Notes under the pieces: model-generated
What the model was told of the DNA's origin: nothing
What the model saw: only the letters and a program-made list of their open reading frames with translations
Database searches by the model: none
Made by a program: the position numbers and the translations under genes
Assembly (NCBI GenBank): GCA_051362555.1
Contig: CM120646.1
Location: forward strand, 558,001-622,000
Length of the DNA: 64,000 nt
Direction: 5' to 3'
Origin: Lingula anatina
Taxonomy: Eukaryota > Animalia > Brachiopoda
Shown: positions 38,880-51,900 of the stretch, in pieces
Position numbering within the stretch: the stretch's first letter is position 1
Layout of the letters: each line of letters begins with the position of its first letter

Positions 38880-40525
38880 CAGACTTGACATTTAATATGG
38901 AATATTTCAGTTTCGAAGGTGTGCCTAGGTAGAAATGCGTTCTTTTTTCAAAATACTAATATCTCATATAAGATATGTGAATGGAGAAGTGTGTAGTCAG
39001 GTGTGTCGCTTCCAATTAACTGAATACCAGGTTTGTTACGCTGCTGCATTATGTAATATGAAGTAATTTAATTGGGTAGTGCTCCTTTGGGCAGGTCAAA
39101 GCTTGGCTTTGGCAAAGCACGGTTCTGTCAAAAAAGTATCCATACGTCGGCAACTACTGCATAGAAGAATTTGAAATTTTGCATGCAAGTGGTCGGTTTT
39201 GCAGTGTGTAAAATGAGCTATGCAGTGCTTTGCAAGTTTGTTAATCTGTGGCAAAATGGCGCGAAAAAGACAGAAATTGCCAGACAGTTAATTGCGCCAA
39301 ACGAAACGGTCCGCACAGTTTTATAGAGTAATGCCCAGACTGATGTACCTACATAGAGGCCACACCCAATGTATTAAAATCTTACCACCAGAGTACAGGA
39401 CCCACTGTCTTTCAGGATATGCCGTTGCAACTAAACAAAAACCACCCAGTCCGTTCAGAATAAGGGTTAAATTGCCACCAAAACGCATTTTTCAAGGCCC
39501 TTAGCGAACACCAAACTGGTTTTTGCAGGTTAGAATACCAGACGACCTCCGACGAACCCACTGTAAACAGCAAAACATCGTTGTATGTTTCTCTAATGAA
39601 TTAGGGACCACGACCGTTTCTGGGTTGAACACTGAAACCTCGTGGCTTTCTTTATTGAGGTCAGATTTCACCTGTACCGCTCAACTAGTCAAAACAGAGT
39701 TTACAGACATCCAGAAGAGGCCAACGACGAAGTGTGTGCAGCCTCTAAAGTGACTTAGGTCATTAACAGCGTCAGTATTTGAAGTGGATACCACATTGGT
39801 GCCAAAACACCAATGGCAGTCATCGACGAAAACCTGAACCAGATTAAATAAAGGAATAATCTGGGAACCACTTGACTATCATTTGATAGGGGGCACCTTA
39901 AGAACAATTTTAGGTTGTAGGGTGGGATTGCAGGTTCACACAGAGCACTTTTAATAACAGATTTCTTAGAGAACCAAGGGAATGAACAGCTACCTTGGTC
40001 ATCAAAACCGTCATATTTGAACCACGTAGACAATATGTGGGTAGGCCATTACTCGCCAAATGAATGGCCTACATGTCCTACAACAAAACTGGGCCAAATT
40101 GGACAGATTTCGGCCGATGCCTGGAATGTTATTCCAGATTGAACTCTAAAAACATATCCCGCTTGAGAGCGCTGGTAGCAGCCAGAAGAGGTCAGGCGTA
40201 ACAGCGACTGTTACTGTGACTAGACACTGACATGAGGGTCCTTTGTGGAGCGTGTAACTCTTTTACAGACAATAATTTGGAAAATATGGAGATCTAAAAT
40301 ATCTCATTTAATGGTTGCCGTATGAAGTAGAAAAGGCAATGTGTTTTTGTTTGCTTCTCTGGCGAATTCCATTAATGAACTGATGTCACAATGACATCAA
40401 AGAGATAATTAAAAGTTATTAGAACACGATTTTAATCCTTATTTTCATTTATCAGTCAGTAAAATAGGAAAAAAACTGATGAAAAATGATTTGGAAAAAA
40501 TATTCCATATTAAATGTCAAGTCTG
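38880..40525 (+). mobile_element. Decayed Tc1 transposon
   Basis: TIR CAGACTTGACATTTAATATGGAATATT with TA flanks. Relic motifs VCFSNE (cf. FSDE) and PWSSKPSYLNHVDNMW (cf. WPxxSPDLNPIENLW); no intact ORF. Confidence 0.85.
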
Positions 40526-40579
40526 TATGTGTTATTTCTAAACTAAACTGTTTATTCAAAGACATTGTATTTTATTTTC

Positions 40580-41434
40580 AGATGATGCAGAAATATATAA
40601 GAAAATATAAAAATGTTAAAGTATAATGAAGAGACAATTAAGCACACCATACAACATTACAGACTCACCACTGATGGATATAGAAAAACTGAGTGAAAAT
40701 TTGACATTCCATGTTCAACATTACGAGATTATATTAAGAAAGTGCCTTAGTGGGAGAGCCCAACACTAATATCATTTGTTTACCAAATAACAAAGAAAAA
40801 ACTAACTTTTACTAAAGAGAATTCTGGCAGTGAGATGAATGTGTTTGCTTAGTTTGCCTGGAGCTTTGGTCAAATAGTAAAGGACATGAAAAGTGGATTG
40901 CATGTTGTGCATGAAATATGTGGTCCCACGAGGAGTGTGCGGACTCTCTTGACTTCACGTGCGTTTGTCACAAATGTTACTCCGATTAATGTAGATGATT
41001 TGTTGTTGATAAATTTAATAAACATTTTGATATTTTATTAATGTGTTTTCATTGGTGCTGTCGTCTTTAACATTAGTTTTATTTTTGAAAAGTTACCATA
41101 GGCAAACAATACTCAGGAGTCGTTAAAGAGTGGTTGCTTAAGTTGCTGCTGTTACTCGGTCTTACTGATTAAAATGCACAATGTTGGACAAAAGCACATT
41201 TTCTTCAGGATTCTAGTATGTGTGTGGACTTGTCCCGGGGTGGGGCAAGTTCGCACACTTGGACTAGACTTTAAAACTTAAATTACTCTCATATACTTTA
41301 CAGTGGACGCCTGATATTTATGCAAAATATAGGCATTTAAATAACCTTCCTTCTGACAAATTTGTAGGAGCCATAATAGTATGTTTCTCATGCCAATTTT
41401 TATGAAAATGGCGCGGACTAGCCCCACCCTCCCC
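40580..41434 (+). mobile_element. 3' part of a pogo-like transposon with a C-terminal PHD-finger relic
   Basis: ~40837-40989 reads CLVCLELWSNSKGHEKWIACCA*NMWSHEECADSLDFTCVCHKC. The right end GGACTAGCCCCACCCTCCCC-TA resembles the 23421 MITE TIR; the left end was not found. Confidence 0.65.
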
Positions 41435-42183
41435 TATAACACGGATTCTCCTATAATCTTACAAATTATGTGTTCGAGCTGAATCAAATAGTCATTATTA
41501 ATCCATGTACACTTTTACACTAACTTGTTTTGCCGATGTAAAATGAGAAGAATTTTAAATAACGGATGTTCTTGTTCACTCAAATGCTAAATGTCTTTTC
41601 AAATAAATGAATAACGAGTGAACTAGATAGGCCTACTATGAAAATAAATAACAACAACATATAAACTGAAGTAGCAGAAGTCTGTAGCTTTTGTATGAAT
41701 TAATGTAAGGGCAGAAACACATTTGAGTAATAACAAAATTATGGAAGTGATTAGACAATTTATAGCATTTACAATTCATTACAGAAGTACATGTGAATGA
41801 ATCTGACACAACAGCTTTTCACAATATGAGTTTCAAAGAAACAAATTATGACATTGAATCAAAGTAGGTTTCATGGGATGAAGTCAAAATCTTCTTATCA
41901 ATTGGAGAAAAAGCCACCACAAGCAGTTCCACCTTGCAATTTAAAGAAGTGGAGCCTACTTTGTCTCCTTTAGCTATTCCGGATCTTTACATTTAACTGT
42001 ATAAAACCAAATCATCGACTAAACATACAGGCTGCAATGATTCGACCAGTGACTAAATTGGTTCCACAAAGAATCTATATGTTCACATGGTGTCGCAAAG
42101 TTCCTCAGGACAAGACACAAATCGTCTCAACCAAAGACTGCATTAGGACACTTTGTATAAGAGAGCTAGAATCTGGGCCCTTC

Positions 42184-45100
42184 TTATTTCGAGTGGTCTT
42201 TTTTCCTTATGCATTGTCCATCCAAATCCCTGGAATAAGATTCTTTTTGGCCTGCGTGCAGCCTTGGTCGCCTTGGTCGCCTTGGCAAGCTTGGCAGCTA
42301 AATTAAGTGAAATAAGCAACTATTATATATATATATATATATATAATCTTAAAATACAAGTTCTTTCACATCTTTCACATACCGGATTTTTTTCCCCAAA
42401 TATTGTGAAAAAGAGACCATTAGTCCACATTCTGATTCCAACATATGGTGAAGTACTTAAGAACAAAAATAAAACACACTGGTAATGATTTGGAGCTAAA
42501 TACATTCAAAATGTGAACAAGTCATGATAAAGATTAACTTTAAATAATGTAATACAACGTTTAAATTAGCTCTCTGTCAGTCAGTTTTACCTTAGGTGTA
42601 TCACTCCATGTCTCTTCAAACCAGTTGTCCACTTCTTTAATCCACGTGTTTCGGTGTAATAAGATTGTACTGCCATTTGTCAATTTAGCTATCTGTCGAC
42701 AATATTCTACAGCTGTCTGTGATGTTATTTGTTTCCTGGGTGTCCCAGTTGGCTAGGTAAGGTATTGTAAATATAAATGAATTTGTAGACGGATAGTGGG
42801 TGCATAGTACCTTAAACACGTGTAAGCACCTTTATAAGTCTTGTGTAAAACGTTTTTGTTAATTGAATAATTCTCACATATTTTGCGCATTGGGTGAAAT
42901 CGATTTAAATAAATATATTTAAAACATGTATTTTAGCAGTATATACAGGGTTACTACTTAATATGGAATATTTTTTATCATTGTTATTTTTGAGTGCTGA
43001 TTAAATATTTTTGGCTTGATTCACCAAAAAAGTATGTCATTGAGTGATAAAAATATCAAGTCTTCTCAGGCCTACCCAACTACCAGACTCAGATCGCATT
43101 ACAGAGTATCAGCCACCACACCGATTTTGCCTGGTGCGCGATGTGATAGGAATGATCCTAAGCGGGGTTGGAAAGTAGTGCATCTCATCTAGATTCATGC
43201 GCTGCTGCAATTTTCCCTGTTTATGCTAAAATCTGACAATACCGCAATTTTTAATATAAAATTTAGGTTCGGACATAGCCAATGATGTTTTGTAAATAAG
43301 AACTTGCAAACTTATTTATTAATTTAGAAAAGTAGACCTAATTTTGATAGCGGAAGCATATTCTGTCGGGGGTTAAATATTTTCATGACTATAGTCATCC
43401 CGGTATACCGGGATGGACGAGATTGAGGGCAGGGGTAATCCTAGAGAGGGATGAGAAACGTCCATTGTTCTCGTCAGCGAGGCTGGCCTTTTTCAGTGTA
43501 TGTACGCACAGACAGAAAACTAAGTAGGCCTATTGTGGGAACGTTACTAATGAAGCTGTCATACTTGTAATTTAATGCCTTTAATGAATTTTTGGTTTTC
43601 TCAACTTTTCATTGAAATAGCAACTATGAATATGATCGATTCCATTACATTCAATCTAATTTCCAGAAGTTTATAAGGTTGTTATATAACATTATGTGTC
43701 CTGAATTATATAGATGTGCAGGTTAAATGTTTTCAGGATGTATACTTATATAATCAGTTTACAGGTCAAGTTTGAAGAAGTCTGGTTAGAGTCACACTAG
43801 GTAACTCAATTAAACAAGAAGCAATATCTTTGATTAACAAATACATTCACCTCAAATGTATTTAGGAATGGTCCTCTGCCTTGTAACTATATTATTCACC
43901 TTGATCAATCAGTTTAAGTTATCAACCTATTGTCCACTAGCAGAAGCCATTTAGTGCTCAGTCTGGAAGTCTTCTCTATCACATGTGTAATTGAATTAAA
44001 GTGACCACTCTGGCAACCCACCTGGCTGGGAAGCCAATGTAATGTAATTATATATGTGAAGGTATATAAGGATAGAAATAAAGGTAGAAGTCAGCAGTCA
44101 GTACTCAGAGAGAGGACACTGTATGCTGATCTCTAGAAAGCAAAACATGACGTTATGTTAAAGCCACTGGTAGTACTAGTAGATATCAGCCTGTAGTCTT
44201 GAACAAGCGCCTCGATGACGGGTGAACAGTTGTCAAAAACAAAAGACCCAGGTGGGGTATTTCAACTACTGTTAATGCGTGCCGCAACGACCAAACCTAA
44301 TTGCTCCTCAAGGTCACAAAACAATAACCGGTACTGACGGCTAGGCTCGTCTTAGTAATAGATAGACCCCGAGTCAGCGAGGGTTATGTGGCATCCACGA
44401 GTGCGCTGACGAGGGATCTATCTTATTTAGACCACGGGTCCATTAGCGGTTTATAACGCATTCACGCGAGACGCGCGGTTATGCGAGTTACACGACGTCT
44501 GGGTTTTTTGTTCTTCACTTCCACCGTGGTCTAAATCATATAAGAAGCGCGTTTCCACCCCCTGATTGAGGGTGTCGTCTGTCGCCACGTTGTTGTATTC
44601 ATACGACTCCTACTTGACGAAAACGAGACGCGATACCCGGATGACAGGTGGGCTTACAGGTGATGGGGTATGATACTCTGTAATTCGATCTGACACACAC
44701 CTTGAAAACGGGTAGTGTGGTCTGATAAACCGGTTTATTCTGGATCCGTTGGTACCGAGTCTGGTAGTTGGGTAGGCCTGCTTCTATTGTGAGATATTTT
44801 GGTCAATAATATCAAATCTGACATAAGATGTCCAGTCTAGTCATTCACATAGGTCTGGTAATAGAGGAAATTGTTTCAAGCGATTCCCTCAAAGAGCCAA
44901 ATTAGACTTGAGAAAGTACAGCTTCACTGTGCGAACAACACAAATATGGAATAGCCTTCCGGATCAAGTTGTCAGGGCAAAAAGCCTCAACTCTTTGAAG
45001 AACAGATTAGACAAGTGGTGGGATGACCAGGAACTCAAATATGACAATTATAGGTCCGAAATCAACATCATCGGAAGTCACAAGTTAGTTTTGGAGGAAG

Positions 45101-48100
45101 AGTCCGATAAAGAGGATCCAGTAGGAACCTGAATCGGAAATCGACGCTAATCTAATCTAATGTCATTTAAAAAAAAAACACCCCCAGAAAACCATATCAA
45201 CAGTTTGATGTCAGCATTAACTTTAAGCTAAGATATTAAAGATAATTATAGCCTCCGGACAGTGATATGTAACACAGTCAAAGGAATCATTACAGTTAAT
45301 CATAAAAAGTCATCAATAGCAGGTTTGAACTCCAGCAGCCGCTTGCAACGCCCTCATTCTACATGGCATACCCTGTGACAAGATTTTTAGTTTGGATGCG
45401 GATATCTTTCCATGCCTGTTGCAGTTCACCACTATTTACTGGCCGATGACCATAGCTATTAATTCTGTGAGTTACTTCCGCCCACAGATTTTCAATTGGG
45501 TTCATTTCTAGGGAGTTTGCAGGCCAGGGCAGTTGCTGAACCTATCGGTTTTGAAGAAAAACAGTGCGAGCTCGATGTGGGGTTGCGCAGTCGTCTTGGT
45601 ACACAAAGTTGTTCCTGAAGATGACTCTTACCAATCGAAGTATTGTTCGCTGTAGAATGTCTCTGTAGGAATCCTGGTTGAGGTTGCCTCCTAGAAAAAC
45701 CAACTGGTTCTGGGCACCGGCATGGAATGCTCCCCAAACAGAGACGTTACCACCCCCTGCTTGCACCCTAGACAGTACACGATCATCGTTGTATGCCTCT
45801 CGTACACGTCGGCGGACACGGATTCGACCGTCAACCCCAAAAATTCCATATCTGGCCTCATCACTGAAAACAACGTGATTCCAGTGTTTTGGCTGCAAAC
45901 GCACGTGGTCCCCAGCCCATTGCAAACGTCGCTGTATATGACCTGCTGTTAACAGTAGTTTCCGTACTGGTCTTTGTGCAAAATAACCGGTTTGCAGCAA
46001 TCTCTTGTTCACGAAGGACCTTGCAACGGGCGTTTGAATGACATTCTGCCACTCTTTTCTGAGGACACTGGTTGTCTTTGTACGACCAGCACGGAGCACT
46101 CTTAGGAGAAGGCGATCCTGTCTTCCTGGTGTGATACGCGGACACCCTGGCGGAAGTGCTGGAGTTGGTGCCCCTGTTGTAGCATTTCTTTGGAGGACTT
46201 TACTAACGGTTCCTGAAAAATGTTGAATTGTCTGGCAACGGCTGTCCGTTTCTGGCCATTTCATCTGAGAGCAAGAATCCCATAGTAAGCTGCGTTGCTT
46301 AGCTGTCGAACCATATCTTCTCTAAGGTACCTGTCAAGTTTCAGAGCGATCCCTTTGTTGCTTCTCTAAATACTCTCCAAAGATTGACCAAACCCATGCG
46401 TTTTTATACAAGGGCAGAAATTGCCAAAAAGATTACCCCTCACATTTCTGACCACAGAACATGCAACTGCATGCATTAATTGTTTCGAGAGTTGGGTAGT
46501 AATTAGGTAACACACCTGGCTACACATGGAGTGGCTACACCTCAGTTTTTGATTTAAAAAAGTAAGAGAGAAAATAAATATTTTGTAGAAAATTTACTTG
46601 CCAAAAAACAATATTCCATATTAAGTAGTAACCCTGTAAACATAAGGACATTAATCAACAAATCTGCTATAAAAAACAAGAAATTACCACAATAGGTAGG
46701 TCGCAGAATAGCAAAAAATCTATTTGAGTGTTTCTTATGATTTTTGCAGTAACAGAATCCCTGACATCTTCGACTATCTGAGGATAAAATGAAATATAAA
46801 ATGAAATCAACATAAGGTATTGTCCGATGCATAAAAAACAAAGATAAATGTTTGGTACCATTTTTTCCAAGATGCAATGTTTGACATGGAAATGTTTCAA
46901 ATTAATTTTGCAGTAAGTTTTGTTTCCTATTACTTTGGAAATAGGCTACATAACTTTTCAAATCACTCTTAATTACTTCTTTCCATTATGACTACCAGTG
47001 AACTCACCTGTGACATATCATCCAAGGGCACCCCCGACAAAACAATTAGTCTGTTCAGCTGGTTTGCTTTTGTCCTAGATGGCGTGTCACTAGCAATACC
47101 TGCTGTAAATTCCATGGCCTCTATAAAATTTTGGACAAGTGTGCTCGTCTCTTTCGCTCCTATTTTATCTGTAAAAATAAATGGAATATAAATTCTTTCA
47201 CCTGAAACAGACACTTTGCTCCAAATAGAAAGTATAATAATAGATTATTTGTTCTGAGCGCTGAAAAGATCCTATAAAATTTTAAAACCAAACACCAACA
47301 AATTTAGAGGAAAACACAAAAACGCAATAAAGTTAATAAACAGCGAGAGCGACAAACTCACCGATTGCTGCTTCCACTTTCCTCAAATTTGACTCATGTT
47401 TTGTTCCTTTATCGATAAAAATACGCACGTCTACATCGAAGTCACCTGATTGTAATGAGGAAAATAATCTATAAAAACGCAAAGCAAACACAAATTTGGT
47501 GTGTAACTATGCTAAGAAGCAATTGAATACACACATTTTAGAATGAATGTACTAAATCAAGCACAGTGTCTATCTTTGTATAAGGTCAAACTACAGTTTA
47601 GTAGTATTAAAACTTGTAGCAATGTCTTACGTTGTTCAATATTTCTAATAATGTGACGTGTTACATTCTTAACATCACCAAGGGTCATCCGGTTCTGATC
47701 AAATAACAGTGTGGCCCGGATGTCGTTGTATACGTATGGAACTGAAATTGTAATATAAAAAATAAATAATTCAGTGTCATTTTAGAGTGATACAATCAAA
47801 ACTTTGATATCTCTAAGAAAAAAAAAGACAATCAAAAGGCACAATTTAAAAGTACCGTCTGCAAAAGTGGCCGCAAAGCCCTCAGCAGCATCACCGTGCG
47901 GAGTAACTGGTACAGGCTGTGTGCTACTGGATTGTTCACGTGCTCTTATCCGACCAATTTTCTCTATGACAACAAAAAGAAGATGTATAACATACGGTCC
48001 AAATAGGTGTTTAATTATCGTAACCTGTTTACATAATAGTGCAGAAATAATTGATAATAAAAATAACAAAGGTTCCAGGTTGCCTTGGTCCTTGTCTTCT

Positions 48101-48806
48101 AGTCAACATGTTCCCGATTTGAACGTTTTTTTTAAATACAAACTTAAAACAAATTATGTTGTTTCAACGTTGAAACAATGTTGAACTTCAACGTTGAAAA
48201 AACGTGGATTAAATACTGCTTAACTGCTATTGTGAAATGGTTTTCTAACCAGTTGCGGCTCACGTCTTGTGGTAAAAAAAAGACGAAAAGAGAACACCAT
48301 GTTTAACCAAAAGTTTCACATGAATACAACAAAATTGAACAACTGAAATACAACTTATTTATGCTTAGAAAGCGGAACAAAAGAAATCCAGTCTACTAGA
48401 TAGCAGTCCATTTATCGCTAAGTATGTATGGTAAGTCACCTTTTTCGGGTAATATAGAAGTTGTGGCCACAGGTGAGTTAATTGACATATTGTCGTCTCG
48501 TTCATACAGCGTTTCCATACTCTCAACAACAATTGGCCTAGATATTGCAGCCCCAGAAGAATATCCAAAACACTCCATTTTGGCAGCTGAAAAAATAGAA
48601 TGATCATAAAACCTGTTGTTTCCATTACTGAATATCTCACCATATTGGTTGATTTGAGGACCTAATATAGAAAAAAGAGCATGTGGTTTTATACATAGAC
48701 CTTGCATAAAGTGATATCTTCAAATGACCACATCGAGTAAACAATTATGTAAAATGTGTAAGTGGGACCGTATATGTTGACGTTGTATAACTGTTTGTAT
48801 ACTTAA

Positions 48807-48848
<42 letters not shown>

Positions 48849-48891
48849 GAGGAAGTCACGGTCACTTTAGCCTATTATGTTTACCTATCTG

Positions 48892-48926
<35 letters not shown>

Positions 48927-51900
48927 CTAACTAAACAGGATACCGTGAACTACCAACATCTATACTCGATCCTAATTTTAGTTCGACTTAATATTCCTTG
49001 TTGAAGTTGACCTTGTGAGGAAGTTTATCAGAATATATTTCTAAAAACAAGTTGGGGAAATTCGCTGGTTCACTATAGACACCAAACAACTATCAATTTT
49101 GCTTAAAAGCATGAGCATATAGATATGAATCTAAATCATTCAGTTCTGGTTAACTCGTAATAATTTCTACTAATCAAGCAAAGTGAAGACATCAAACAGA
49201 ATTAAGCACTGAAACACGTTGTACCTGCTGCAGAAGGGGATTCAGAACCAGCAGAGTCAGTTGTGTAATTCTTAAGTGTGACTGACTCAAGTTCTGAATT
49301 AATTGACATCTTGTCGCCTCGTTCATACAGCGTTTCCATACCCTCAACAACACTGGGTTTAGATATTGCAGCCCCAGAAGAATATCCAAAACACTCCATT
49401 TTGGCAGCTGAAAAAATAGAATGATCATAAAACCTGTTGTTTCTATCACTGAATATCTCACCATATTGGTTGATTTGAGGACCTAATATAGAAAAAAGAG
49501 CATGTGGTTTTATACATAGACCTTGCATAAAGTGATATCTTCAAATGACCACATCGAGTAAACAATTAGGCCACACTTTGTTATTTTTATGGAGACATCC
49601 TCTGGGGACCCCGAAATCGGTGCGAGAGGGCGAAAAAAAAAACAGTCAAAAAAATTCTGCTTAAGTAAAGGAATGCTGTCAGTACACAGCTGGAAACACA
49701 AATTAACCATAGAAACACGTATCAAACTAACAATATGTCTTTAGCCATGCTCTCAAAATAATCTTTTTAAAGCATTGTGACCCCTTTTTCGCTTCAAAAA
49801 AACCTGGTATGTACTGCTTTGGATAGAATGTCACTGAAATTTTCTGGGCGATAATTGCTGGCCGCCGCCAGCCTTTCACATAATTGTAAAAAAGTGGATA
49901 TCTTCATGCCCAATATCAATGGCATAATAATCCAAAACGACGGCCCGTTCTCTCTATGACTATATATGATTAATTGTCCTGTAATTTGAAAGTAATTCTA
50001 GAGATGAATTTGATGGCAAAGCGGCCATATTTCCACGTGGCAAGAATACGCATGCGCAGAAAGCTCATTTTCCGGCAAATTAAATAACGACATTTGCGAC
50101 AACCGACTTCGATGGGGGGTGGGAGGGGGGGGAGGGGGGATTTTTTTTTTGGGGGGGGGAGAACGGACGAAAATCGGTGCGCTCGCAGGATGTCATCCAT
50201 AAAAATAAAAAAGTGTGTAAGTTGGACCGTATATGTTGACGTTGTATAACTGTTTATATACTTAATCTCATTTATGCTATGGTTCATGGTTATCCCAGTC
50301 AAAGTGTGCTTAGATTTCTGTATAGCAGTAAGACAGTTTTACTCCTCTAAATACACAAACAAGAACAATGATGAAAGCATCAGCAACATACCGAGTTATG
50401 GGATGACAAATGAAATGATATGAATGTAAAACAACAATATATAAGTTACAGGTCAAATCCCAATGTAGACCACTTCCTAATTGACCCAGATCACATCCCA
50501 ATTAGGACGTGGTCTAGACCACATCCCAACTCGGTCTTTGCATTTTTACAGAATAATGAGCATATTAATTGGCCAAGTAATTTGCAGGTGCGCTGCCAGT
50601 TTGTTTGTATGGCATGTTTCATTAGAAGGGGATGTTATAGATTAAGGCACATACTGAGTGATAAGATATCTTAAGTTCTGCTGCATGTGAATTATAAGAA
50701 AGAATGAGAATTATCCTAACCTCAAGTAACCAAAGGGTGTACGTCTTTAAATTATTAAAAAGAGATGGATGGAATATGTTTGTTCTGCACAAAATAATCC
50801 AGAGAAGTAATCACCATCATGAACTGAGACCAAAGAAGTTGCCAGGGAAATATCCAATGTCTGGATGTCCAAGAATATCTTTCCTGCCTTTGAACATTTC
50901 CAACATATTTGGGCTACATATAGAGTGTTATGATATAAGATGCATCATACAACATTGGTCAAAAAGGTTGTCCCACCCCCATTTCCATGTACTTTTATTT
51001 ACAAATGATCGCCTCACAGATGTAAATTGTTAGAAATAGTGCTTTTTATTACGGATACCGTGTCTATCATGATTAATGGTTAAAAAATACAAAATAATGG
51101 TGAAAATATACACATTTTATACCATTTAGTAAAATTTATAAGAGGTACCCCTCAAATCGACTGTTTCACTGTGACTTCTACAGATGTAAAGAAATGTCTA
51201 TAAAATTGAAAAGACGCGGGATACGGGGCCCAGGAGAAAGCTCAAGTTCATCTCCAGGCTGGTAGTGAGTGTGGACCACTCATGTCCCCATTTACTGCCA
51301 TGGTAACCGGTACGACTGGCAGAGGAAATCTCATTTTAGTTCTGCACGTTTTATCACATAAGTCTTTATATGAATACGCTTGCTGTAGCCTGGTCAGGTC
51401 TTTCTATTACCACAATAAAGATAAGTGATCACCGCCTCCAAGATTTTTGAACTTCCAACTTCATTTCAGATGTTACCCTTTAATTTTCAACGCGTTTAAG
51501 CTCCTAAGCACGTTTAGCTCCTAAGAATGTTACACGCTTTTAGCTGGATGCAATATAACGGATAGATGTATGTAGGGTGTAGGTAGTAGAGTTTTAATGG
51601 CTTTAGCTCTCTATCTATGTAATTCACGGTTACCTTTGTCTGTTATATCTATCTATTTATAACTGGATACCGTGAATTATCAGCATCATAAAGTTTACTG
51701 AATTATACATGTATTTACAGCTGGACTTGATCATTCTTGTGCTAGCTGACCTTGCGAGGAAGTTTATTAGAATGTGTTTCTAAAAAAACAAGTTGGGGAA
51801 ATTTACTAGTTCACTATAGACACAGAACAACTATCACTTTTTTTTTTTCATATTTTGACAAAGTGCGTTACAGTATTAATACCTATTTAATCTTTTCCAG

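Larger units (their letters stand above)
42946..46636 (-). mobile_element. Tc1 transposon with degenerate DD34E-type transposase, located in an intron of gene 3 and carrying nested insertions
   Basis: TIR CAGGGTTACTACTTAATATGGAATATT with TA flanks. ORF 45542-46264 contains GCPRITPGRQDR, RRLQWA, VVFSDEARY, VSVWGAF and FVYQDDCATPHRA. Confidence 0.9.

Noticed and set aside
47446-47468. Upstream acceptor (ttttatag at 47469) for a TIR-region exon
   Set aside because: It gives a 107-nt exon that shifts frame into a TAG. The acceptor at 47446 gives an in-frame 84-nt exon.
50300-51100. Possible processed pseudogene of a membrane protein on the minus strand
   Set aside because: All minus-strand frames contain stops, and part of it consists of short GGGATGTG(G/A)TCT repeats; no family was recognised.
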